64,000 bases of DNA from a bacterium (GTDB lineage Bacteria > Vulcanimicrobiota > Vulcanimicrobiia > Vulcanimicrobiales > Vulcanimicrobiaceae): positions 4,494 through 68,493 of the forward strand of contig JAJYFM010000001.1 in the NCBI GenBank assembly GCA_021790895.1. The letters are read 5' to 3'. Below, in pieces: positions 29,645 to 38,868 of this stretch. The translations under genes and the position numbers were made by a program. Each line of letters begins with the position of its first letter. The stretch's first letter is position 1. The notes beneath the pieces were generated by a model. The model did no database searches. It was not told where the DNA came from and saw only the letters and a list, made by a program, of their open reading frames with translations.

Positions 29645-31990
29645 CTACGGCAGCGCGAAACTCGACGAGTTGATGAGTACCGGCACGAGCCCGCTCGCCG
29701 AGGTGCACGGTGCACTCGCGCTACAGATGCCCGAGGCAGCGAAGTAATCCCCGGCATCGACTTTCCCGTCGCCGTTTGCATCGTACCAGACCGCGATGTG
29801 GTAGTTCGTTGCCGATGCGGGAATATCGGCGATCCGGAACGTGCCGTTCGCCGCCACCGGAACGCCGGTGGTGAAGTTGCTGTCGAGGATCGTCGGCGCG
29901 GCGTTGGTCGCATTACTGTTGCTGTAAGCGAACGCGACGAACTGCGCTTTCGCCGGTATCGTCGACGCGAACGCATTGTCGTTTTCGAGTTGCGCCATCG
30001 CACGATAGACATCGAGGCGCCCATGCCCTTGATTGGGATCGTTGATGTTATCGGCGGTTCCGTCGATGAGCCCCTCGAGTTGTGCGACGGTTAACGACGG
30101 ATCGGCGGAGAGTAAGAGCCCTGCCGCTCCGGTGACGTGGGGCGTTGCCATCGAGGTTCCGGCGATCAGCGTGTAGCAGGTCGCGGGGGTGGCGCACGGT
30201 GGGCTCCCCGTCGTCGAGTAGAGATTGGCGATCCAGTGGAGATCGTCGTTGTCGCCGGTGCCCGACGGGTCGCCGCCCGGCGCGACGACACCGAGCCCCG
30301 GGCCGCTGTTGGAGTACGATGCAACGTACTCCCCCGGTGCGGGAGTATCGGCGGTCGGAAGGGCGGCGGTGCAGGCCGCACTCACCGTCGGCCACGTATC
30401 ACCGGCGCAGGCGTTATTGTCGTTGAGCGCGGTCGCACCGACCGAGAGAACGCCGGGATAGGCCGCCGGATAGTCGAGCCCTTGCACACCTTGATTGCGT
30501 TCGTTCCCGGCAGCGGCGACGACGAGCACGTTATGCGCGAGCGCGTATTCGACGGCATCCTGCTCGGTGAAATCCGGGCCGCTGTTTGGTTGCGAGCCGA
30601 GACTCAGATTGATGACGCGGTCGCCTTTGAGCACCGCATGATAGATCGCGGTCGCTTCATCGGCGGTCGAAGCGCTCGAGTTCGCTCCCGAACCGGAGAA
30701 GATTTTATAGAAATCGAGCGTCACGCCACCGGCGACGCCGGCGAAACCGGCAACGTTGTTGTCGGCCGCAACCGCGATTCCCGAGACGTTGGTCCCATGT
30801 CCATCGTTATCTTGGACCGCCGGACAGGGCGTAGCGAGCAACGGCGTCGGACAGACGGTCGTCACCGTCGCGCTTCCGCCGACCGGCGTCACATCTTCTT
30901 CAGCGCTGCCGAGATGCGAGATGAGATCGTCCTGTGCCCACGTGTTGCTCGGCTCGGTATCGATACCGGTATCGAGCACCGCAACTTTGGTCGTCGATAG
31001 ACCGAAACCGACGTTGACCGGCCAACTGCTGCCGTAGTTCCAGGCGTGCATCATACCGATCTGATACATGTCCCACTGGTCGAGCGGATCGAACATCGAG
31101 TCGTTCGGCGGCGTCGTGAGCGCGAGGTTGAGCGGATAGCGGCGCCCGACGCTTTGGACGCTGAGCACCCCCGCGTGCGCGCGGAGTCGCGCCGCAACGA
31201 TCGCGGCGCTTCCGGCAGGAACGCGGAGCAGATCGCTGCGCACCGGAGCGTCGCTCGGCGTAATCGTTCGCGCGAGCAGTGCGCCGCTGCGCGCTGCGAG
31301 CGCAAACGGATGCACGCTGCCCGCGCCGATCGCCGCCGGATCGTAGCGCACCTCCAGAAGGGTCGCGTGCCCGGAGATCGGCGTCGACGGCGCGACCTCA
31401 AGCGGGCGACGCACCGGCATCCGGACGAACGGCAGCGATGCAGGGCCGCGCCCAACCGAGCCGACCGATGCGATACTGCCCGCCGTGTCGGCCTGCTGGT
31501 TGTAGAGAATCGTGACCGGGTTCGCGTTGCTCTGCACGCAGAGCGTATAGGCGCCGTTCGCACTGCCTCCCGTGAAGCTCACCGTCATCAGCGTCTGGCT
31601 CTGCGGGAACGGATTCGCGCTGCCGCCGTAGGGAGGCGTGGTGGCGGTCGGCGTGACACCGATCGCGCTACCGTTGACGCTGACCGGTATGCCGGTCGGA
31701 AGCGAGACGAAGCTGAGCGCGGCGGGCGTCGGCGATGGGCGCGTGTCGGGAACCGGCGTTGCCCCCGGGGTCGGCGTCGCCGTCCCGGTCGGCACGATCC
31801 CAATCCCCGCGGTGCAGAGCCCCGGCGTCGGCACAACCGAGGGTGCAACTGAGGGCGTCGTCAGCGGCGTCGGCGAGAACGTCGGCACGGGGCTCGGCGA
31901 GCCGCCTCCGCCGCCGCAAGCGACCAACAGCGCACACGTCGCGCTTAGCGCCGCGAATGCAGGGAGAAAACGCACGCTCGAACTCTTCAC
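29645..31990 (-). CDS. secreted S8 subtilisin-like serine peptidase, lipoprotein-type signal, with a C-terminal extension
   Basis: 781 aa. Lipobox LLVACGGGGG. Catalytic triad motifs VAVLDTGID, DGHGTNVSG and GTSMATPHVTGAAG. Confidence 0.9.
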   Translation of the reverse strand: MKSSSVRFLPAFAALSATCALLVACGGGGGSPSPVPTFSPTPLTTPSVAPSVVPTPGLCTAGIGIVPTGTATPTPGATPVPDTRPSPTPAALSFVSLPTGIPVSVNGSAIGVTPTATTPPYGGSANPFPQSQTLMTVSFTGGSANGAYTLCVQSNANPVTILYNQQADTAGSIASVGSVGRGPASLPFVRMPVRRPLEVAPSTPISGHATLLEVRYDPAAIGAGSVHPFALAARSGALLARTITPSDAPVRSDLLRVPAGSAAIVAARLRAHAGVLSVQSVGRRYPLNLALTTPPNDSMFDPLDQWDMYQIGMMHAWNYGSSWPVNVGFGLSTTKVAVLDTGIDTEPSNTWAQDDLISHLGSAEEDVTPVGGSATVTTVCPTPLLATPCPAVQDNDGHGTNVSGIAVAADNNVAGFAGVAGGVTLDFYKIFSGSGANSSASTADEATAIYHAVLKGDRVINLSLGSQPNSGPDFTEQDAVEYALAHNVLVVAAAGNERNQGVQGLDYPAAYPGVLSVGATALNDNNACAGDTWPTVSAACTAALPTADTPAPGEYVASYSNSGPGLGVVAPGGDPSGTGDNDDLHWIANLYSTTGSPPCATPATCYTLIAGTSMATPHVTGAAGLLLSADPSLTVAQLEGLIDGTADNINDPNQGHGRLDVYRAMAQLENDNAFASTIPAKAQFVAFAYSNSNATNAAPTILDSNFTTGVPVAANGTFRIADIPASATNYHIAVWYDANGDGKVDAGDYFAASGICSASAPCTSASGLVPVLINSSSFALP

Positions 31991-32032
31991 GGCGCTCCTA
32001 TTCGTGTCGACGCGTGCGAGTTCTTTGCGTAC

Positions 32033-33805
32033 CTAGTGCGCGGCCGGAAGATTCGGGTCGCCGAGGGCGTCCGCCATCGCGCGATAGATATCGAGCCGCC
32101 CACAGCCCTGCGCCGCCGCGCTCACGCTCGGAAGCACGTACGCATCGCTGCAGAGATAGTTCCGCACTTGGGTCGGCGTGAGGCTCGGCTTTACCGAGAG
32201 CAGCAACGCCGCGGCTCCCGTCACGTGCGGCGTCGCCTGCGACGTACCGGCGATGAGAATGCGGCAATCATTCGTCGAACCGGCAGCGGCATCGAAATCC
32301 GGCGTACAGGTCGCGCCGCTCATCGCGGTGCTCGAGTAGATGTTCTCGATCCAATGCAAGACGTCGACGCCGGGGCCGACGTTCGCCGGGTCGCCGCCCG
32401 GTGCAACGAGCCCCCAAGTCGTGCTTCCGGCGACATAGTTGGAGTACGAGGCAACGTACTCGACCGGTGCAGTCGGGCTGCCGGGCGCGCCGACGCTATA
32501 GGTGCCGTTGGGATAGCCGTCGGAGAGCGCGCTTGCACCAACCGCAATCACCCCGGTGTCGCAGGCAGGCGCATCGAGCGAAGCGCTACCGGAGTTTCCG
32601 GAAGCGGCGACGACGACGACGCCGGCTGCGAGCGCGTTGGCGACGGCGTTCGCTTCGAGCGGATCGTCACCGCCGACGCAACTCGCGCCGATGCTCAAGT
32701 TGATGACCTTCGCACCATGTGCGACGGCATCGTCGATGCCGGAAGCGATATCGGCAGTCGATGCACTCGTGCTACACGCCTGCGGGTTACTTGCGAGCTG
32801 CGATGCGCAACTCGACGGCGGCGATGGAAAGACGCGCTCGATGATGAGCGAGACGTTCCCGCCGGCACCGACGAAACCGAGGCTATTGTTGAGATCTGCC
32901 GCGGCGATTCCGGCAACATCGGTGCCGTGTCCATCGAGATCGGTGACGTAATTCGAACTCGATTGTACGCCGGTGCTGATGTTGGTAATGAAGCAATGCG
33001 TGTAGACGACTTTCGATTGAATCTCGGGATGAGTTACATCGGCTCCGGTATCGACGATAGCGACCCGAATCGCCGAATTTCCCATCGCATCGGCGTTCTG
33101 ATAACCGACCGGTGCATCGGCAGCGTTCGCGTAGGCCCACGCATGGCCCAGCGAGATCGCATGCATATCCCATTGCCCCGGCAGGCTCGAACCCGGCGAT
33201 GGACTCGGCGCGGGATTCCCGTTCTCGTAATAGGGTGCAGAGGAGCCCGTGAATCCGTGGAAATACGGATCGTTCGTCGTTACCGGTGCGAGAACGCCTT
33301 GCGTGGAGCGCAAACCCATCGGCACGACCGCGGTGACGCCGGGCAACAAGCGTAACTGCGCTGCGATCGCTGCGCTCTTCGCGGCATCGACGGCGACGAT
33401 ATCGACGGCGGTCGCGAGATGCGAAAAAACAAAGCGCTGCTTCACGTTACCGCCGATACGCGCTATCTGCGTCGAAAGCGTCCCGCGCGCACCCGTCGCA
33501 ACGGCGGTGCTACGAACGACCTCCAGCAGCCCCGGAATCGTCCTCGGCTGCAAGCGCACCTTCGTCGGTGCCCTGCGGATTGCGTCGCTGCCGAACGAGG
33601 CGAGCGATGCCGCCATCCGCCCCGTACTCGTCCCGTTGACGCTGCTCGGGCAGCTGTACCCGACACTCGTACTCACCGGCGCACTCGTCGGTGCGGGCGT
33701 CGGTACGAGGCCGCCGATAATCCCACCGATACCGCCTCCACCGCCGCAGGCGACGAGGAGCGATCCGGAAAGGAGCGCTGCGAGCGCGATCCGAGCGGAG
33801 ATCAT
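32033..33805 (-). CDS. secreted S8 subtilisin-like serine peptidase, lipoprotein-type signal
   Basis: 590 aa. Lipobox LLVACGGGGG. Catalytic triad motifs VAIVDTGAD, DGHGTDVAG and GTSQATPHVTGAAA. Confidence 0.9.
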   Translation of the reverse strand: MISARIALAALLSGSLLVACGGGGGIGGIIGGLVPTPAPTSAPVSTSVGYSCPSSVNGTSTGRMAASLASFGSDAIRRAPTKVRLQPRTIPGLLEVVRSTAVATGARGTLSTQIARIGGNVKQRFVFSHLATAVDIVAVDAAKSAAIAAQLRLLPGVTAVVPMGLRSTQGVLAPVTTNDPYFHGFTGSSAPYYENGNPAPSPSPGSSLPGQWDMHAISLGHAWAYANAADAPVGYQNADAMGNSAIRVAIVDTGADVTHPEIQSKVVYTHCFITNISTGVQSSSNYVTDLDGHGTDVAGIAAADLNNSLGFVGAGGNVSLIIERVFPSPPSSCASQLASNPQACSTSASTADIASGIDDAVAHGAKVINLSIGASCVGGDDPLEANAVANALAAGVVVVAASGNSGSASLDAPACDTGVIAVGASALSDGYPNGTYSVGAPGSPTAPVEYVASYSNYVAGSTTWGLVAPGGDPANVGPGVDVLHWIENIYSSTAMSGATCTPDFDAAAGSTNDCRILIAGTSQATPHVTGAAALLLSVKPSLTPTQVRNYLCSDAYVLPSVSAAAQGCGRLDIYRAMADALGDPNLPAAH

Positions 33806-33859
33806 AACCCTTAGACGTTACCCCCGCGCGATTCGTTTCATTCCCCCGCTCGCCAAACG

Positions 33860-35107
33860 TTACGAGATCTTCACCTCGCGCCAAAGGAGGCCGAGCGCGG
33901 CGGTCGTCGCCCGCGACTGAATCGCCGCTCGATCGCCGCGCAATTGCAGCGTCCACGCTCGTTCGCCGCGCGGGCCGACGAACGCAACGCAGAGCGTCCC
34001 GACCGGCTTCTCCGCGCTTCCACCCTCGGGGCCCGCGATACCGGTCGTTGCGATGCCGATCTCGGCACCGAGACGATCGCGAACGCCGCGTGCCATCGCC
34101 AGAGCGCACTCCTCGCTAACCGCACCGAAACGCGCAAGCGTCTCCTCCGGCACCCCGAGCTGCGCGAGCTTCACCGCATTGTCATAGGCGACCACGCCGC
34201 CGAGAAAGCGCCGCGATGCACCGGGAACCGCGGTCAACGCCGCCGCGACACGCCCTCCGGTGCAGGATTCGGCAACGGCAAGGCGCTCCGCGCGTTCGTC
34301 GAGCGCGGCGAGCACTGCACCCTCCAACGTCGTCGCATCGATTCCGAAGACGTGCCCGTGAAGTCGCGAGCGCAACTCCGTTTCCAATGGCGCGATCGAG
34401 ACGAGCGCGCTCTCCGTCGATGCGGCCTTCGCCATAATTTTTACATCGCAACGATAATCGTGTGCGAGCACGGCGATCTTCGGATTCTCCGACGACGTAA
34501 AGAGATCGGCAATGCGATGATCGATCTCCGATTCGCCGATATTCACCGTGTGCAAGATGCGCGTTACGATGCCTTCGCGCACCGCGAAATGCGAGCGCAA
34601 CCAGGGAAGAAGCCGCTCTGCGAGCATCGGTTTCATCTCGCGTGGAACGCCCGGCATGCAGGCGGCGAACTTCCCGTCGGCGCGAAAAGCAATAAATCCG
34701 GGTGCGGTCCCATGCGGATTGACGAGCGGAAGACTTCCCTGCGGCAGAAAAGCCTGCTTTCGGTTATTCTCGCGCATCGTCTGACCGATCGAAGCAAAGA
34801 AGCCTTCGATCTCGGCGAGCGCGGCCGAATCGAGCACGAGTTCGAGCCCGAAGGCATCCGCGACCGCCTCTTTCGTGAGATCGTCAACGGTCGGGCCGAG
34901 CCCTCCCGTCGAGATAAGTCCATCGGCGCGTTCGAGAATCTCGCGCACCAGATTCGCGATCCGCTCGCGATTGTCGCCGACGGCATGGCTCGCGTAGCAG
35001 TCGATGCCGTTCTCAGCAAGCGTTGCGGCGACATACGCGGTATTGGTGTCGACGAGTTGCCCGAGCAACAACTCCGTCCCAACCGCGACGAGTTCGACGT
35101 TACTCAT
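33860..35107 (-). CDS. cinA: CinA: MoCF-binding domain fused to nicotinamide-nucleotide amidohydrolase (PncC) domain
   Basis: Internal ATG 35107 gives MSNVELVAVGTELLLGQLVDTN, the canonical CinA start. The C-terminal CinA/PncC domain has ESCTGG. Confidence 0.9.
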   Translation of the reverse strand: MSNVELVAVGTELLLGQLVDTNTAYVAATLAENGIDCYASHAVGDNRERIANLVREILERADGLISTGGLGPTVDDLTKEAVADAFGLELVLDSAALAEIEGFFASIGQTMRENNRKQAFLPQGSLPLVNPHGTAPGFIAFRADGKFAACMPGVPREMKPMLAERLLPWLRSHFAVREGIVTRILHTVNIGESEIDHRIADLFTSSENPKIAVLAHDYRCDVKIMAKAASTESALVSIAPLETELRSRLHGHVFGIDATTLEGAVLAALDERAERLAVAESCTGGRVAAALTAVPGASRRFLGGVVAYDNAVKLAQLGVPEETLARFGAVSEECALAMARGVRDRLGAEIGIATTGIAGPEGGSAEKPVGTLCVAFVGPRGERAWTLQLRGDRAAIQSRATTAALGLLWREVKIS

Positions 35108-35717
35108 CCTCAAGAACCTGCGGAGCAAATGAGATTGCCAGCTCTTCTTCAAACCATTCCGGATAACGGAAGCGAATCTCCGCATCGAAACCGTCGGCGA
35201 TACGGATCATCTCTTTTCTGCGGAGCCCGCCTTGCTCGGCCGCAGCGTAGCGTTGTCGAATACGCTCTTTCTGCGTCGCCAGACACTCGATAAAGCGTTC
35301 GAAGGTGCCGTCCATCGCGCGTTGCAGCGCGGCGCGAAGATTCTTTCCTACGCGCGGCGCGAGGCCGGTCGTGGAGATGGAGATGCGCACCGGGCCGGCC
35401 TTCGCCGTCGCCGCCATCGCGACGATGCCGTAGCGCGGCTGATCGATACAGCAGAGCAAAAAGCGATGGCGGTCGGCATACTCGCGCAGTCGTGCCGAGA
35501 GCCGTTCGTCTTGCGGCGTCGAGATTACGAAGAACGCATCGCTCACGTCGCTCTCGCGAACCGCCGACGGATCGGTGAGCCGGAGAAGATCGGCTCCGCT
35601 CTCTTCCAGCGCTGCAGCTTTTTCGATCGCCTCTCGGTCGTCCGCCGCACCGATCACGATGCATCGACGACCCTTCAGATTTAAACTCACCGGATAGAAC
35701 GGAATGACGGGTTTCAT
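35100..35717 (-). CDS. precorrin-2 dehydrogenase / sirohydrochlorin ferrochelatase-like protein (SirC/CysG N-terminal-like)
   Basis: 205 aa. FYPVSLNLKGRRCIVIG resembles the SirC/Met8 N-terminus, but the glycine-rich NAD loop is degenerate (IGAADD). Confidence 0.65.
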   Translation of the reverse strand: MKPVIPFYPVSLNLKGRRCIVIGAADDREAIEKAAALEESGADLLRLTDPSAVRESDVSDAFFVISTPQDERLSARLREYADRHRFLLCCIDQPRYGIVAMAATAKAGPVRISISTTGLAPRVGKNLRAALQRAMDGTFERFIECLATQKERIRQRYAAAEQGGLRRKEMIRIADGFDAEIRFRYPEWFEEELAISFAPQVLEDE

Positions 35718-36568
35718 GAAAAATCGACCGGTCGCAGATAGAATTCATTGATCGCGGTATCGCTCAACATCGCGGTCGTCGGCAGGTGGCGTTTCCAATG
35801 CGTCCCCTCCAAGCGCCGTCGCACGAGCGCAACCTCCGCCGCGTCGAAACCGCGCGCCGTCAACTGCTTGTCGCGATATCCGAGCAACATCGATGAAAGA
35901 ATCGCATCGGCGCGCGGATAGCGAATGCCGAGATCGCCTTCGTCGGTCTGGTTCGCTTCAAGATCGGCGCTCGGCGCCTTCTCGATCAGCGGCGCGGGAA
36001 CGCCGAGGTAACGCGCGAGCTCCCACACCTGCGTCTTGAAGAGATCGCCGAGCGGATTGATCGGCGGCGCGTCGTCGGCGTGCCAGGTAAAGTAGCCGAG
36101 AAGCCGTTCGGTCTTATTTCCGGTGCCGATCGGTAAGGCGGCGAACTTCGCCGATTGATCGAAGAGAACGAGCATGCGCGTGCGCGCCAGCACGTTGCCG
36201 CGACGGCGTGGATCGGCGTCGGGTTCGTATTGCAGATAGCCGTCGACTGCGGCGCTGATATCGATGGTGTGCGCGACTGCACCGAGTGCGTCGATGACGA
36301 GTTGTGCGTCGTCAAGGCTCGCGGCGCTCGAGAGCCGGTAGGGCATGCGGATGAGATGCACGTTCTGCGGCCCCAGCGCACGCGCGCAAAGGTAGGCGGT
36401 GACCGCCGAGTCGACTCCGCCCGAGAGCCCGATGACGGCATTCTTGATCCCGCGACGCTCGATGCATTCGTCGCGTAGAAAGGCAACGAGCCAACGCGTC
36501 GCTACCTCGGGATCGATCTTGGGAGCAGCGTACGGGTCGCGCGGCGGCGGATCAACGATCGGCAGCAT
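35714..36568 (-). CDS. nadE: NAD+ synthetase, synthetase (ATP pyrophosphatase) domain protein
   Basis: Internal ATG 36568. PP-loop motif GLSGGVDSAV. The frame stays open upstream to 36694 and overlaps the end of the CN-hydrolase ORF. Confidence 0.85.
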   Translation of the reverse strand: MLPIVDPPPRDPYAAPKIDPEVATRWLVAFLRDECIERRGIKNAVIGLSGGVDSAVTAYLCARALGPQNVHLIRMPYRLSSAASLDDAQLVIDALGAVAHTIDISAAVDGYLQYEPDADPRRRGNVLARTRMLVLFDQSAKFAALPIGTGNKTERLLGYFTWHADDAPPINPLGDLFKTQVWELARYLGVPAPLIEKAPSADLEANQTDEGDLGIRYPRADAILSSMLLGYRDKQLTARGFDAAEVALVRRRLEGTHWKRHLPTTAMLSDTAINEFYLRPVDFS

Positions 36569-37478
36569 CGCTGCGCCCTCGCGACCAGGGCAACTCCTCA
36601 TCGGCAAGCAGATCGGGAAGCACCGCGCGTAGATCGGCGAGCAACGGAAGATTCGCCCGCGCGATCTCGATATCGTCGAGAAAGAGCTCCGCACGAACGA
36701 TGCACGCGTCGTCGCCCTCGGCCTTCACCAATATCGTGCCGTCGGGGCCGATCGCGCACGACGACCCGGTCATGCCCTTCCCACCCTCAAAGCCCGCAAG
36801 TCCGGCATAGAGCACGAAACACCCGTGCTCCATCGCGATTCCGCGCAACAACTCACGCCAGCGCGTGACCGAGAGCAACTCGCCCTCGCCGTCGATCCCG
36901 CGACCGGGTGCTGCGCTCGGAACGACGATCGATCGCGCTCCCTTCAATGCCGCGATCGTCGGCAGCAGCGAATGCCAGACATCCTCACAGATCAGCAGTG
37001 CCGTCGTGCCGAGCAGTGGAGAATCGAAGACCTGCACGCGATTCCCGCGCGAAAGAAAACGCTCTTCATCGAAAACTCCGTAGGTCGGGAGGAACAGTTT
37101 GCGATGGACGTGGAGAATGCGCGTCTCCCGCTCGTCGAGCGCCAACCAAATCGCGCTGTTGTAATACGATCCGCTCTCGACTTCGTAGAAGCCGGCGACG
37201 ATCTCCCCCGGGCGCTGCCCGGCGACATCGCGCCAAAGCGAGGAGAGTTCATGCCCGAAGCGCTCCGCCGTTCGCGCTGATTCGTAGACCGCTCCCTCGA
37301 GGAAGTATCCGGTGAGCGCGGCCTCCGGCAGAACGACGAGTTGCGGCGGCGCATCGAGCGCAGCGAGCTGGGCAAATACCGCACGCAATGCGGCAAGATT
37401 CTCGATATAGTCGCCCTTGCGCGGCTTGCTCTGGACGAGCGCTATGCGCGCGCGGGCGGCGTGGCTATCGCTCTGCAC
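36552..37478 (-). CDS. carbon-nitrogen hydrolase (nitrilase-superfamily) protein, likely the glutaminase subunit of NAD+ synthetase
   Basis: CN-hydrolase signatures (LVVLPEAALTGY and LICEDVWH with catalytic Cys). I propose the GTG start at 37478; the maximal ORF reaches 37589 and would overlap the upstream gene. Confidence 0.8.
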   Translation of the reverse strand: MQSDSHAARARIALVQSKPRKGDYIENLAALRAVFAQLAALDAPPQLVVLPEAALTGYFLEGAVYESARTAERFGHELSSLWRDVAGQRPGEIVAGFYEVESGSYYNSAIWLALDERETRILHVHRKLFLPTYGVFDEERFLSRGNRVQVFDSPLLGTTALLICEDVWHSLLPTIAALKGARSIVVPSAAPGRGIDGEGELLSVTRWRELLRGIAMEHGCFVLYAGLAGFEGGKGMTGSSCAIGPDGTILVKAEGDDACIVRAELFLDDIEIARANLPLLADLRAVLPDLLADEELPWSRGRSDAADR

Positions 37479-38868
37479 CGACGGCACTCGTGCTGATTTT
37501 CTCGGCACACTCTTCAGCGGGGTAGGTCCAAATTTCGGCAAGCGTGGGGTGGAGGTGCGGAATCTTCGCAAATTGCTCGACCGTCGCATCGAAGTGCATC
37601 GCGACGATGACCTCGTGAATTAATTCCGAGGCCTCGGGGCCGATGCAGGCCGCACCCAAAATACGCCCGTCGTTCGGATCGGCAAGCATTTTCACGAACC
37701 CGTCGGTCTTGCCGAGGCACATCGCCTTTCCGTGCTCGGCGAATGCGTAACGCCCCGAGACATACGGCGTACCCGCACGCTGCAGCTCTTTCTCCGAGGC
37801 GCCGGCAACGGCGATCTGCGGCTCGGTAAAAATCGTATGCGAACGTTGTAGACGATAATCGGCTCGCTCGTCTCCGCCGGACAAGGCGTTGCGCGCGGCG
37901 ATCTCACCTTGATAGATCGCCACGTGCACCAAAAGGAACTCGCCGGTGACGTCGCCGACGGCGAAGATGCGCGGATTACTGGTGCGCATCGCGGTATCGA
38001 TCTCGATGCCCGAGACGGCATGCGCCTTGACGCCCGCGCGCTCGAGATCGAGTCCGCCGATATTGGGCACACGCCCCAAACAATAAAAAATCTCCTCGGC
38101 ATCGACATCGAGCGCGATGCCGTCGCGTTCGAGACGCACGATCTTCCGGCCGCGTTCTTTGCGCACCGATTGCATCCGCGAGCGGAGATGGACCGCGATC
38201 CCCTCGTTGCGAAACGCCTCGGTGATCGTTTCGCCGATATCGGTATCGGTGCCGGAGAGGAGGTGCTCTCCGCGAATGACGACCTGCGTACGCGCTCCCA
38301 TGCGCGAAAGAAACTGACCGAGCTCGCAGCCGACGTAGCCGCCGCCGAGAACGATCGCCGATTCCGGCACCCGCTCCATCTCCAGGAGCGCGTCACTATC
38401 GAGAAAGCCGGTCTCCTGCAATCCCGGAAGCGCCGGCGGCGCGACGATACTTCCCGTTGCAATAATGAAAGTATCGGCCTCAAGCAACTCGTCGCCGACC
38501 GCGAGTTCGCGATCGCTAACGAAGCGCGCTTGTCCGCGATGCAATGGAAAACGCTCGATTCCGTCGATGCGATCCGCGGCGAACTCGCCGACCAGCGCGC
38601 GTTTGCGCGCGGCAATATACGGCATATCGATGCGCGGTTCGCCGGTGGTTATGCCGAGTGCCACCGCGGTGCGAATTGCTTGTACGCGATCGCTGCTGGC
38701 AAGGAGCGCTTTGCTCGGCATGCATCCTCGCAGAATGCAGAGTCCCCCAAGCGGGCCGCGATCGACGATTCCGACGCGCGCGCCGAGATCGCGCGCGGTC
38801 CGCGCCGCAGCATAGCCGCCGCTACCCGCGCCGATCACCACCAGATCGTAGTGTATCCGGCGGCTCAT
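37465..38868 (-). CDS. class I pyridine nucleotide-disulfide oxidoreductase (dihydrolipoyl dehydrogenase / mercuric reductase-like)
   Basis: 467 aa. FAD motif VVIGAGSGG, redox disulfide GGLCILRGCMPSK, NAD motif VLGGGYVGCE and C-terminal HPTLAE. Confidence 0.85.
   Translation of the reverse strand: MSRRIHYDLVVIGAGSGGYAAARTARDLGARVGIVDRGPLGGLCILRGCMPSKALLASSDRVQAIRTAVALGITTGEPRIDMPYIAARKRALVGEFAADRIDGIERFPLHRGQARFVSDRELAVGDELLEADTFIIATGSIVAPPALPGLQETGFLDSDALLEMERVPESAIVLGGGYVGCELGQFLSRMGARTQVVIRGEHLLSGTDTDIGETITEAFRNEGIAVHLRSRMQSVRKERGRKIVRLERDGIALDVDAEEIFYCLGRVPNIGGLDLERAGVKAHAVSGIEIDTAMRTSNPRIFAVGDVTGEFLLVHVAIYQGEIAARNALSGGDERADYRLQRSHTIFTEPQIAVAGASEKELQRAGTPYVSGRYAFAEHGKAMCLGKTDGFVKMLADPNDGRILGAACIGPEASELIHEVIVAMHFDATVEQFAKIPHLHPTLAEIWTYPAEECAEKISTSAVGAER

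Noticed and set aside
28571-29708. Three small minus-strand ORFs sharing the N-terminus MHPQASSRAAALIVAAPNSFAV (28571-28996, 29008-29190, 29445-29708)
   Set aside because: They simply reflect the repeated DNA. They start at GTG with no Shine-Dalgarno sequence that I can see, have Arg/Ala-rich junk-like composition, and the first runs antisense into the oxidoreductase gene. They are unlikely to be coding, though transcription of the repeat itself remains open.
37465-38868. Mercury resistance (MerA) interpretation of the disulfide oxidoreductase
   Set aside because: There is no N-terminal HMA domain, no C-terminal Cys-Cys pair and no merR/merT/merP neighbours. A generic Lpd-like flavoprotein is the safer call.
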